Shown: positions 34,382-43,415 of the stretch, in pieces
Layout: every line of letters starts with the position of its first letter
Numbering within the stretch: the stretch's first letter is position 1
DNA from: an uncultured Chloroflexota bacterium
Lineage (GTDB): Bacteria; Chloroflexota; Limnocylindria; Limnocylindrales; CSP1-4
Length of the DNA stretch: 56,512 nt
Direction: 5' to 3'
NCBI GenBank assembly: GCA_903925955.1
Contig: CAIYHO010000279.1
Location: forward strand, 1 to 56,512
Translations under genes and position numbers: made by a program
The notes under the pieces: model-generated
What the model was told of the DNA's origin: nothing
The model's input: the letters and a program-made list of their open reading frames with translations, nothing else
The model's database searches: none

Positions 34382-36105
34382 CGCCCGGGCCACGCATCCG
34401 GCGGCGCTCACGGGCTCGGCGCGGCGGCGCCCAGGGCCAGATCATGATCCTGTTTGCGCTGTGCCTGACCGTGATCCTCGCGTTTGGCGCGCTGGTGATC
34501 GACCTTGGGGTGCTGCGCAACAATCGACAGATCCTGGTCAACGCGGTTGATGCCGGGGTTCTGGCGGCCGGCACCAAGCTCCCGGTGACCGGCAGTGCTG
34601 CCGCCGCGGCGCTTGAGCAGCTTGTCCAGAAGACGCTCGACGCCAACTACCCGGGCGGGCTGGGCAAGGGCACCGACTACACCATCGCCTACCAGTGCGT
34701 GATCGGGGTTGCGGGTGGCGTTGCCGCTGTCTGGCGGGACGTGCCAACGGTCTGCAATCCGCCAAACGGGGTGGGCCAAAACCCCGTCCCAACAACCGCG
34801 TTCTCGGGCGCCGGTCCCAGCCGCTACGCCCCGTGCGCGCCAGGTCTTGGCGACACGTGCAACGCCATCCTGATCTCGGCGTCCACACAGACGCGGTTTG
34901 CACTGGGGCCTGTTGTGGGCGTCAACTCCGGCTCATCGGGCAGCGTCCAATCGGCCGCCTGCAGCGGCGCGTGCGGCATCCCGCCCAACTCGCCCGACGA
35001 TGTAGTCCTGATCATGGACCGCACAGGGTCCATGAGCCCGGCCGCAATCGTTGCCATCCAGAAGGGCGCCTACGCGGTGCTGAGCGTGTTTGACCCGAAG
35101 TACCAGCGCCTCGCGCTGGGAACCATCGGCCCCAGCCGGGCAACGGAGGCAAGCTGCCCCAACACGGGTTCCCCCTGGTATGCGGGCACGGTGGGCGCAG
35201 CCAACGCGAACGTCCTTGGCGTGGGCGTGACGCCGGCGGGATACCCCGCGTCCTACGACACCACCACGGACCAGCAGCCATGGATCCCGGTGGGCTTCTC
35301 GGGGACAGACACGGCGCCGTTTGTCAGCCTTGACCAGCCGGAGGCGCGCGGCCATCGCGAGGCCTACTCCACCGGTGGTGCCGTCTCAACCAGTTCAGCC
35401 TTGTACAAGGCGATCAGCTGTCTGGTCACGTATACCAATGGCACCAACCTGTCCACGCCAATGGTGATGGCGACCAACTATCTGTCCGCCTATGGTCGCG
35501 GTAGCGCGGCTCCCAAGGTCATCATCTTCGAGACTGACGGCACCCCGGCAGGCGCAGGCCGGACATGCCAGGCCGCCTATAACGCCGCCAAGACGGCCAA
35601 GGACGCGGGCTACGAGGTGTTCACCCTCGGGTATGGCGGCGTGTCTACGCAGAAGTGCCCTGACGCGGCCAGCACAAGCCCGTCGATGGCAACCGCCGCG
35701 GACCTCCTGCGGAACATGGCCTCAACCGACACGCCCGACGTCAAGCACTTCTACCTGACGCCGGACGAGACCACCGTGGTGACGTCGTTCTCAGCCATCG
35801 CCCACGCCATCACAATGGGCAAGGGCCACCTCGTGACGCTCTACCCGCAGCCCTACATCACCAGCGTCTCGCCTGCCGCAGGACCATTCACAGGCGGCAC
35901 CAGCGTCACCGTGACCGGCAAGTCGTTCCTGGGCGTCACCAAGGTGACGGTTGGCGGCGTGAATGCGGCGTTCGCTGTGAACAGCGACACATCGCTCACC
36001 GTGGTGGCACCCGGAGGCAACATAGGGAGCGCGGCCGACATCATCGCGTCATCGCCGGGCGGCAGCAGCCCCATCGTCCCGGCGGACGTCTTCACCTACC
36101 AGTAG
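34378..36105 (+). CDS. TadG-like N-terminus + von Willebrand A domain + C-terminal IPT/TIG domain protein
   Basis: GQIMILFALCLTVILAFGALVIDLG (Tad N-terminus), the vWA MIDAS-like VVLIMDRTGSM and IIFETDGTP, and a C-terminal ITSVSPAAGPFTGGTSVTVTGKSF...LTVVAPGG (IPT/TIG). Confidence 0.7.
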   Translation: MTPGPRIRRRSRARRGGAQGQIMILFALCLTVILAFGALVIDLGVLRNNRQILVNAVDAGVLAAGTKLPVTGSAAAAALEQLVQKTLDANYPGGLGKGTDYTIAYQCVIGVAGGVAAVWRDVPTVCNPPNGVGQNPVPTTAFSGAGPSRYAPCAPGLGDTCNAILISASTQTRFALGPVVGVNSGSSGSVQSAACSGACGIPPNSPDDVVLIMDRTGSMSPAAIVAIQKGAYAVLSVFDPKYQRLALGTIGPSRATEASCPNTGSPWYAGTVGAANANVLGVGVTPAGYPASYDTTTDQQPWIPVGFSGTDTAPFVSLDQPEARGHREAYSTGGAVSTSSALYKAISCLVTYTNGTNLSTPMVMATNYLSAYGRGSAAPKVIIFETDGTPAGAGRTCQAAYNAAKTAKDAGYEVFTLGYGGVSTQKCPDAASTSPSMATAADLLRNMASTDTPDVKHFYLTPDETTVVTSFSAIAHAITMGKGHLVTLYPQPYITSVSPAAGPFTGGTSVTVTGKSFLGVTKVTVGGVNAAFAVNSDTSLTVVAPGGNIGSAADIIASSPGGSSPIVPADVFTYQ

Positions 36106-36192
36106 GAGCGCCAGGCGAGTAGGGCGCCGCGGACCGGCGGGCCCGCCGCGCGAAGCAGCAGACCCGCGTTGGGCCCAAGTCAGCCCGGAACG

Positions 36193-37440
36193 TCAGCCCT
36201 CGCGCTTCTCCGGCACGGCCCGCACCAGGAACATGCCAATCAGCATCGTGCCCAACAGGGTGAGGATGCCAATCTGGTACGCCACGGTGCCCAGCGTGTC
36301 AAACAGCAGGAAGAGCGTCAGGCCGTACGCAAGCGCGCCCAGCACCTGGGAGCCCTTGCCCACCAGACCGTAGAGCCCATAGAACTCGCCCAGCCTGTCG
36401 GGCGGGCTGAGGCGGTACATGAGGACACGGTCCGCAACCTGCATGCCCGAGAACCCTGAGCCGATGACGATGCCGGCGATCAGGAACGGCACTTTCTCCA
36501 AGAAGAGCGCGCCAACGGTCAGGGCGACGGCCCAGGTGCAGAGGACGATGAACAGCGTCCGCTTCGGACCCCAGCGGTCGGTCAGCTTGCCCCACATAAA
36601 CCCGGCACCGATTGCCGCGAGCGTGAGGAACAGGAAGACAATCTTGGACTCATTGATGCTGAAGCCCACGGCCTGGACGGCAAACACGGTCATGATGGTG
36701 ATGCTGGTGTTGAGCGCGTCCGTGTAGAAGAAGCGCGCGGCAAGGAACCGGCCAAGCCCGGGGTAGTCACGCAGCGACCTGACCGTGCGGAACGTCTGGC
36801 TCCAGGCGGCGCCGATGGGATGCTGGACCTCGGCCCGCTTGCCGTCCTCCTTGAGCAACACGAAGACCGGCACCGCGAGGATCAGGAACAGGATGGGCGC
36901 CACCACAAAGGTGGTGGGGACGTCCATGCCCGTGATGAGCAGGATGGCCACGATGAGCACGGTGCCCATGTAGCCCACCGCGTTGCCAAGGCCGGACATC
37001 CAGCCGCGGTTCTCGGGGGTGCTCACCAGCTGCAGCGTGGCGTCGTAGTAGATCAGCGCGGACTGGAACCCGAAGTTTGCAACGCAGAACAGCGCAATCG
37101 CGAGCGGCACCGGCACGTACGGGATGGCAATTGCCGGGACGCACGCAACCAGAGTGAAGAACAGCAGGAACGGCAGCCGGCGCCCGTAGCGGTCGGAGAT
37201 GGCGCCCAGAAACGGCGAGACAAGCGCGTTGATGCCAACCGAGGCCGCCACGGAGATCTGCAGCCAGAGGTTGCCCTGCGCATCCCCCAGCTTGTCCACG
37301 AGGAACAGGCCAATCGCAAACGAGAACACCGCGTACGACCACACGGTGTTGGCAAGGTCGTAGAGCGCCCATGAGCCGCGCCCGAGGCGGCCGTGGTTGC
37401 GTCGCTCGTTCGCGGACATGGGTGTGGCGGCTGCTGTCAT
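36193..37440 (-). CDS. MFS transporter (UMF1/Atg22-like)
   Basis: 12-helix protein. RGSWALYDLANTVWSYAVFSFAIGLF N-terminus is typical of this subfamily. Confidence 0.75.
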   Translation of the reverse strand: MTAAATPMSANERRNHGRLGRGSWALYDLANTVWSYAVFSFAIGLFLVDKLGDAQGNLWLQISVAASVGINALVSPFLGAISDRYGRRLPFLLFFTLVACVPAIAIPYVPVPLAIALFCVANFGFQSALIYYDATLQLVSTPENRGWMSGLGNAVGYMGTVLIVAILLITGMDVPTTFVVAPILFLILAVPVFVLLKEDGKRAEVQHPIGAAWSQTFRTVRSLRDYPGLGRFLAARFFYTDALNTSITIMTVFAVQAVGFSINESKIVFLFLTLAAIGAGFMWGKLTDRWGPKRTLFIVLCTWAVALTVGALFLEKVPFLIAGIVIGSGFSGMQVADRVLMYRLSPPDRLGEFYGLYGLVGKGSQVLGALAYGLTLFLLFDTLGTVAYQIGILTLLGTMLIGMFLVRAVPEKREG

Positions 37441-37631
37441 GCGATGCCTCGTGGTGTCTGGTTTGGGCCCCGGACAGAGAGGACGCCGCCCGAGTGACGG
37501 CAGCGAGGCGGCGCCGGGAGGGCTCCACTCGTGCGCGGATCATACGGGCGCCAGCAAGCCCCGTCGCGACGCCAGAGCAGCACGCGGGCACGCACCGCAA
37601 CTGCGGGCCGCCGCCGGAGTAGCATCCCCGC

Positions 37632-38336
37632 ATGGCAGTCACCTCCGATCCACGCGACATCGCATCCGCTTGGGCGCCCCAGCTCCCCGGTCGCGTGGGG
37701 CCGCGCAACATCGTTGATGCCCTTGTGGAGCCCGATTGGGGCGGCCTCCGCATCGTGGTTGCCAGCACTGGGAGCGCCGTTGAGGCCCATCGGCCGGGCG
37801 CGCTGGTGCCGTTGCCGGACGTGCTGCGGGTAGCGCTGCGGGAGGCAACCAAGGGCACCAAGGCCGTCATCGAGGGCCACCTCACCACCATTGCGCTGAG
37901 CAACCCAGTGGTCATGGTGCCGCCCGCGCCAACAGTGCCGCGGTCCTCCACGTTCATCCCGCGCTTTCGCTCACGCAAGGACGACCCCTACATCCACGGG
38001 CGCAACCACCTGGCGCGGATGGAGAAGGACGTGCCCGCGGTCCTCGAGGCGATGGGTGCGGGCGAGCCGTTTGCCTTTGTGGCCACGGACCTGCTCTGGC
38101 TGGACGGCCGGCCGCTGCTGGAGGTCCCGCTGCTGGAGCGCAAGCGCCTGCTGGACGGGATCCTCACCGAATCGGAGCTGGTGCGCATCACCACGTTTGT
38201 GAAGCCCTCGGCCCACATGACGCTTGTGGGCTGGGGCGCCATGGGGTTCAGCGAACTCTCGTGGCGCGGCGCCAACTCGCGGTATCTGGCTGGCCAGGAG
38301 AACCCCGGCTGGGCTATCGCCAGCCCGCCCAAGTAG
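37632..38336 (+). CDS. ATP-dependent DNA ligase adenylation-domain homologue lacking catalytic residues
   Basis: LVEPDWGGLRIVV aligns to motif I EPKWDGxR (K to D, D to G). FVATDLLWLDGRPLLEVPLLERKRLL is motif IIIa-like. ELSWRGANSRYLAGQENPGWAIA aligns to EGxxxK...WxKxK with the lysines absent. Confidence 0.55.
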   Translation: MAVTSDPRDIASAWAPQLPGRVGPRNIVDALVEPDWGGLRIVVASTGSAVEAHRPGALVPLPDVLRVALREATKGTKAVIEGHLTTIALSNPVVMVPPAPTVPRSSTFIPRFRSRKDDPYIHGRNHLARMEKDVPAVLEAMGAGEPFAFVATDLLWLDGRPLLEVPLLERKRLLDGILTESELVRITTFVKPSAHMTLVGWGAMGFSELSWRGANSRYLAGQENPGWAIASPPK

Positions 38337-38403
38337 GCACCGCCACGCACATGCGCCAGCGTCCGCGGATGCCGCATCCGGCGCCGGATGGTACGGTGAC
38401 GAG

Positions 38404-39711
38404 GTGCCTGCACCCGTCCTGACGCCTGTCGTCCGAGAGCAGATCGCCCGTCTTGGGCGCGCTGACATCATGGTTGGCATCCCCAGCTACAAGAACGCCT
38501 CCACCATTGGCCACGTCGTCCGAGCGGCGCATGCCGGGCTGGTCCAGTACTTCCCGGACCACCGCCCCGTCCTTGTGAACGCTGACGCCGGCAGCCCCGA
38601 CGGCACGGGCCGCGTGGTGATTGAGACCGAGCCGCCGGACTACGTCGAGTCCATCCTGCTGGTCCGCCCCGCCAACAAGCTGGACCGCGTGACGCTCACG
38701 TATCCCGAGATTGACGGCGTGGGCGGCAAAGGCGCCGCCCTCCGCACAATCTTTGCGATGGCCGCCGCGCTTGACGTGGAAGCGCTGGTGGTGGTGGACA
38801 GCGACCTGCGCAGCATCGGTCCCGAGTGGATTGAGCTGCTGGCCGGGCCCATCCTCAAGGGCGGCTACGACTTCACGGCACCCCTCTACAGCCGCCACAA
38901 GCACGACGGCACCATCACCAACACGTTCACGTACCCGCTGACGCGTGCGCTGTACGGGCTGCGGATCCGCCAGCCCATCGGCGGCGACTTCGGCATGTCG
39001 GGCGATCTTGTTCGCAGCCTGCTGGCGCGCAATGACTGGACGCCCGATGTGAGCCGCTTTGGCATCGACATCTGGATGACCACCTCCGCCATCACCGGCG
39101 GCTTTGCGGTCTGCCAGGCGCGCCTTGGCGCCAAGGTGCATGACCCCAAGGACCCAGGCGCGGATCTGGGGCCAATGTTCCGCCAGGTTGTGGCCACCAC
39201 GCTGCGCCTTGCGGTTGCTCACGCGGATGACTGGCTGGACGTCCACGGCAGCCACGACGTCCCGGCATATGGCTTTGAGCGCCTCGCTGACCCCCTACCG
39301 CTCCCCGTTGACAGCGTGCGGCTGCTGCGCTCGTTTGCCGATGGCGCGGGCGCGCACGCTGATCTCTGGCGGGCGAAGCTGGCTGGGCCCACGGCAGACG
39401 CGCTGCTGGGTTTGGCGCGTCTGGCGGCGACGGATGCCGGCGATGCAACGGTTGCCAACAGCTTCCGCCTCCCCGACGAGCTGTGGACGGCCACCGTGTA
39501 CGACGTCCTGCTTGCGGCTCGCGAGGATCCGGCCGGGATTGACGCGCTGACCGACGCGCTGGCACCCGTGTACTTCGCCCGTGTCGCGTCCCTGGTGGGC
39601 GAGGCGCACGACATGGAGACCGACGAAGCCGAGACCTTGGTGGAGCGCCAGGCGCGGGCGTTTGAGACCGCCAAGCCGGATCTCGTTGCGCGCTGGCGAG
39701 ACGGCCGATGA
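38404..39711 (+). CDS. GT-A fold glycosyltransferase-like protein
   Basis: IMVGIPSYKNASTIGHVVRAA...LVNADAGSPDGT...LVVVDSDL (DxD). Start guessed at GTG 38404; the track ORF begins at 38224 and overlaps the previous gene. Confidence 0.55.
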   Translation: MPAPVLTPVVREQIARLGRADIMVGIPSYKNASTIGHVVRAAHAGLVQYFPDHRPVLVNADAGSPDGTGRVVIETEPPDYVESILLVRPANKLDRVTLTYPEIDGVGGKGAALRTIFAMAAALDVEALVVVDSDLRSIGPEWIELLAGPILKGGYDFTAPLYSRHKHDGTITNTFTYPLTRALYGLRIRQPIGGDFGMSGDLVRSLLARNDWTPDVSRFGIDIWMTTSAITGGFAVCQARLGAKVHDPKDPGADLGPMFRQVVATTLRLAVAHADDWLDVHGSHDVPAYGFERLADPLPLPVDSVRLLRSFADGAGAHADLWRAKLAGPTADALLGLARLAATDAGDATVANSFRLPDELWTATVYDVLLAAREDPAGIDALTDALAPVYFARVASLVGEAHDMETDEAETLVERQARAFETAKPDLVARWRDGR

Positions 39712-41630
39712 GCTCCCAGCCGCTCCCCGCCCGGATCCTCATCCCGGTGGCCAACCCCGGCAACGCGGAGGAGTTGATCCGTCTGGGGTCAGCGCTCCTG
39801 GATCCGCGCACGGGCGAGCTGACGGCGCTGGGCATCGTGGAGGTGCCGGAGGGCATGCCGCTCTCCGAGGGCGCCACCCGTGCCCGCCATGCGCGGCGGC
39901 TGCTGCAGAAGGTGCTGGACTACGCGCCCGAAGGCACGGTGATCCACCCGCTGGTGCGCATCGGCCGCCACACGGCGGCAGGCATCGTGGAGGCGGCGGC
40001 CGAGCAGGAGGCTGATCTCGTCATCTTTGGCTGGGGCGGGAAGTCCGGCGGAGGCCGCGAAGGCACAGCCGCTAGCCCGGCCATCTCGCCCACCATCGAC
40101 GAAGTGGTCCGCGAGGCGCCCTGCGACATCGCGGTCATCAAGCAGCGTGGCGCCAAGGAGATCCGCCGGATCCTCGTCCCGGTCCGTGGCGGCCCCCACG
40201 CGGAGCTGGCTCTGCGCTTTGCTGATGCCCTGGCCCAGCGTCACGGCGCCGTGGTGGTGGCGCTCCACCTGGTCCCCGACGGCGTCACCGAGGCGGTGCG
40301 CGCCCAGGCGGAGCGCGCGCTTGCTGCGTTCCTCCGCCTCCACGTCACCGCGCAGTCCCTGCCGCTCCTGCGTGAGACCCGCAACGTCCGCACCGCGATC
40401 CTGCGCGAAGCAGAGCAGGCAGACCTTGTTGTCATGGGCGCATCGGCGCCGCCAGGCGAGCCCGGCGCAACCCTCTTTGGCTCGCTGCCGGAGGCCATCG
40501 CCCAGCGCGCCAAGTGCAGCGTCATCGTTGTCAAGACGCGCGAGGCCATCGGCCGGCAAACGTTTGAGTCGCTTGCCGCCCGCGCCGAAACGCTGGCCGC
40601 TGCAGACCGTCTGGCCGAGGAGTCGCACGCCATCCCGGCCCGCGTTGACCGCTGGTTTGCCGAGGCGAACTTCCACCACAGCGAGTTCAGCGATCTCGCC
40701 CGTCTCGCCGCGCTGAAGACCCAGCAGGGGCTCACGGTCAGCCTGATCCTGCCCACGCTCAACGAGGCGGAGACCATCGGCCCCATCGTCACGCGTGCAA
40801 TCCGCGAGATGCAGGAGAAGGTGCCGCTGCTTGACGAGATCCTCGTCATCGATTCCGCGTCCACCGATGCCACCCGTGAGATCGCGGAGGCCGCCGGCGC
40901 CCGCGTGATCCAGCATCCTGACGTGCTCGATCGCTACGGCTCGTTTGTGGGCAAGGGCGAGGCGCTCTGGAAGTCGCTCTACGAGACCACCGGTGACATC
41001 GTGGTCTGGGCGGACACGGACGTCCGCGGCTGGCACCACCGGATGGTCTACGGGACGCTTGGCCCGCTCCTTGTGGAGCCGCGGCTGCAGTACGTGAAGG
41101 GCTACTACCAGCGGCCCATCGTGGAGGGCGGCGTCCTCACCGAGGGTGGCGGTGGGCGGGTCACGGAGCTTGTGGCTCGGCCGCTGATCAACCTGTTCTT
41201 CCCGGAGCTCTCGGGCTTCATCCAGCCGCTCTCGGGCGAGTACGCGGCGCGGCGCTCGCTGCTGGAGCAGATCCCGTTCTTTACCGGGTACGCCGTGGAG
41301 ATTGGCCACCTGATCGACGCCGCCGAGAAGGTGGGCATCGACGGCCTGGGCCAGGTGGATCTTGAACGGCGCGTCCATCGCAACCAGGAACTCGAGGGGC
41401 TCTCCAAGATGTCCTTCGTCATCCTGCAGGCCGTGATGAAGCGGCTTGAGGAGCGGCGGCGGGCGCGGCTGTTTGCCGAGATGGGCTCAACGATGAAGCT
41501 CCCACGGTCCGGCAAGGGGCGGCTCTCGCTGGAGGTCCAGGAGCTGGCGGACCACGAGCGGCCGCCGATGATCCGCATCCCCGAGTACCTCGAGCGCCGG
41601 CGGGCCGTCCTTGAGGGTCGGGGCGGCTGA
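39708..41630 (+). CDS. gpgS: tandem universal-stress-protein domains fused to glucosyl-3-phosphoglycerate synthase
   Basis: The N-terminal ~300 aa form two Usp-like alpha/beta modules (ILIPVANPGN..., ILVPVRGGPH...). The C-terminal VSLILPTLNEAETIG...DEILVIDSASTDATREIAEAAGA...GKGEALWKSL...GGGRVTELVARPLIN...QPLSGEYAARR...GYAVEIGHLID...HRNQEL is GpgS-like. Confidence 0.75.
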   Translation: MSSQPLPARILIPVANPGNAEELIRLGSALLDPRTGELTALGIVEVPEGMPLSEGATRARHARRLLQKVLDYAPEGTVIHPLVRIGRHTAAGIVEAAAEQEADLVIFGWGGKSGGGREGTAASPAISPTIDEVVREAPCDIAVIKQRGAKEIRRILVPVRGGPHAELALRFADALAQRHGAVVVALHLVPDGVTEAVRAQAERALAAFLRLHVTAQSLPLLRETRNVRTAILREAEQADLVVMGASAPPGEPGATLFGSLPEAIAQRAKCSVIVVKTREAIGRQTFESLAARAETLAAADRLAEESHAIPARVDRWFAEANFHHSEFSDLARLAALKTQQGLTVSLILPTLNEAETIGPIVTRAIREMQEKVPLLDEILVIDSASTDATREIAEAAGARVIQHPDVLDRYGSFVGKGEALWKSLYETTGDIVVWADTDVRGWHHRMVYGTLGPLLVEPRLQYVKGYYQRPIVEGGVLTEGGGGRVTELVARPLINLFFPELSGFIQPLSGEYAARRSLLEQIPFFTGYAVEIGHLIDAAEKVGIDGLGQVDLERRVHRNQELEGLSKMSFVILQAVMKRLEERRRARLFAEMGSTMKLPRSGKGRLSLEVQELADHERPPMIRIPEYLERRRAVLEGRGG

Positions 41631-41633
41631 CGC

Positions 41634-42728
41634 GTGCGCGTCCTGTTCGCGCCCGACTCCTACAAGGGGACGCTGACCAGCGTCGAGGTTGCCCGAGCGC
41701 TAGCCGCGGGGTGGTGGCGCGCGCGGCCCGGGGACACCCTGATGCACGCCCCACTCGGCGACGGCGGCGAGGGCACGGTCTACGCGATCGCCGTCTCCGG
41801 CGGCTGGGAGTGGCAGCAGAGCGGGGTGACGGGGCCCGATTTCCGGCAGGCCTCCGCCCGCTGGCTGCGTTCAAGCGACGGACAACGCGCCTACATCGAG
41901 CTGGCCCAGGCGTCCGGCTTGTCGCTTGTCGACCCCGCACGGCTTGAGCCAGTTGGCGCGACGAGCGAGGGGACGGGCGAGCTGCTCCGCTGCGCGATAG
42001 ACCTGGGGGTGCGGCGCATCACGCTCGGGATCGGCGGGAGCGCCACAACGGATGGCGGAGCGGGTCTCCTGCGCGCGCTGGGCGCCCAGATGAACAACGA
42101 CCGCACCTGGATCGATCTTTCCAGGCTGGACGCCCGTCTGGGCGAGACGCACCTGCGCATTGCCTGCGACGTCACCAACCCGCTCCTCGGCCCGACCGGC
42201 GCGGCCGCCGTCTACGGCCCACAGAAGGGGGCGACGCCGGCCCAGGTCATCGAGCTAGACGCACGACTGGCCGCCTTCGCCGACACCCTCGAGTCCGCGA
42301 CCGGGCGCCGTGAGCGCAACACGTCGGGTGCTGGAGCTGCGGGCGGCGTGGGCTTTGGGTTGCTCTGCCTGCGAGACCGGTTCGCGTCGCTGGACATGGT
42401 CCCCGGGATCGACCTCGTCGCCGAGGAAACGGATCTGGCGGTGAAGTTGGCCGGCGCTGATCTCGTCATCACCGGCGAGGGCCGGATCGACGCCCAGACG
42501 GCGTTTGGCAAGACGGCGCTGGGCGTCGCGCGTCGGGCGCAGGCGGCGGGCGTGCGGTGCATCGCGGTGGGCGGCGGCGTGACGCCGGAGGGGATCGCCG
42601 CGCTGGCCGCGGTGGGCGCGCAGGCCGTCCCCGCCTCGGACCCGCCATTGCCCTTGGCCGACGCTATCGCCGCCGGCGCCGCCCCGCTGATCGCCTGCGG
42701 CGAGCGTCTCGCCCGGCTGGAGCCTTGA
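41634..42728 (+). CDS. glycerate kinase
   Basis: VLFAPDSYKGTLTS N-terminus, ITLGIGGSATTDGGAG, VITGEGRIDAQTAFGK. Confidence 0.85.
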   Translation: MRVLFAPDSYKGTLTSVEVARALAAGWWRARPGDTLMHAPLGDGGEGTVYAIAVSGGWEWQQSGVTGPDFRQASARWLRSSDGQRAYIELAQASGLSLVDPARLEPVGATSEGTGELLRCAIDLGVRRITLGIGGSATTDGGAGLLRALGAQMNNDRTWIDLSRLDARLGETHLRIACDVTNPLLGPTGAAAVYGPQKGATPAQVIELDARLAAFADTLESATGRRERNTSGAGAAGGVGFGLLCLRDRFASLDMVPGIDLVAEETDLAVKLAGADLVITGEGRIDAQTAFGKTALGVARRAQAAGVRCIAVGGGVTPEGIAALAAVGAQAVPASDPPLPLADAIAAGAAPLIACGERLARLEP

Positions 42729-42730
42729 CC

Positions 42731-42750
42731 TAGTCCACCGGTTAGTCCAC
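42731..42750 (+). promoter_or_regulatory. direct repeat TAGTCCAC-N4-TAGTCCAC upstream of the phd-vapC pair
   Basis: Two identical octamers 12 nt apart, flanked by TTGACC (42725-30) and TATCGC (42751-56). The ATG is at 42760. Confidence 0.3.
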
Positions 42751-42759
42751 TATCGCGGC

Positions 42760-43032
42760 ATGGTGGATACCGTGGTCAACATCCATGCGGCAAAGACCCA
42801 CTTCTCGCGCCTTGTGGAGCGCGCGGAACACGGCGAGCGGATCACGATTGCCCGCGACGGCGTTCCGGTTGCGATGCTCGTCGCAATCGAGGTCGAGACG
42901 ACGCTGCGGCGCAGGCCCATCGGGATGGACCGCGGCAAGGTGATCATCCATGCGGGCTTCGATGATCCCCTCCCTGAACTCGAGGACCATGCGGATGATC
43001 CAATCGAGCCTGCAGTCGGCTCCGAGATGTGA
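42760..43032 (+). CDS. type II antitoxin, Phd/YefM family
   Basis: VNIHAAKTHFSRLVERAEHGERITIARDGVPVAMLV. 4-nt overlap with the toxin gene. Confidence 0.8.
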   Translation: MVDTVVNIHAAKTHFSRLVERAEHGERITIARDGVPVAMLVAIEVETTLRRRPIGMDRGKVIIHAGFDDPLPELEDHADDPIEPAVGSEM

Positions 43033-43415
43033 GGTACCTGCTCGACACGCACGTCTTCCTCTGGGCAGCCGCTGGCGACCCGAAACTCTCATCCCGGGCG
43101 CAGGGCATCGTGAGTGACCCGATGAGCGAACTCTTCCTGAGCGCCGCGAGCGCGTATGAGATCGGCGTGAAGGTTGCGCATGGAGGGATTGAACTGCCGG
43201 ATGAACCGGGCCTCTATCTCCTGACCAGAATGGCCGTGTTCGGGATTCGGTCCATACCAGTCACCACCGAGCATGCTGTGGCCGCAGCCGCGCTCCCGCG
43301 TCTGCACGCCGATCCTTGGGACAGGCTCCTCGTGGCGCAGGCCCGCATCGAGGACATGCCGATCCTCACGAGGGACGCACTCATTTCGCGCTACGAGGTC
43401 ACGACAATCTGGTGA
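43029..43415 (+). CDS. vapC: PIN-domain toxin VapC
   Basis: MRYLLDTHVFLWAA..., SAASAYEIGVK, DPWDRLLVAQA. Confidence 0.8.
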   Translation: MRYLLDTHVFLWAAAGDPKLSSRAQGIVSDPMSELFLSAASAYEIGVKVAHGGIELPDEPGLYLLTRMAVFGIRSIPVTTEHAVAAAALPRLHADPWDRLLVAQARIEDMPILTRDALISRYEVTTIW

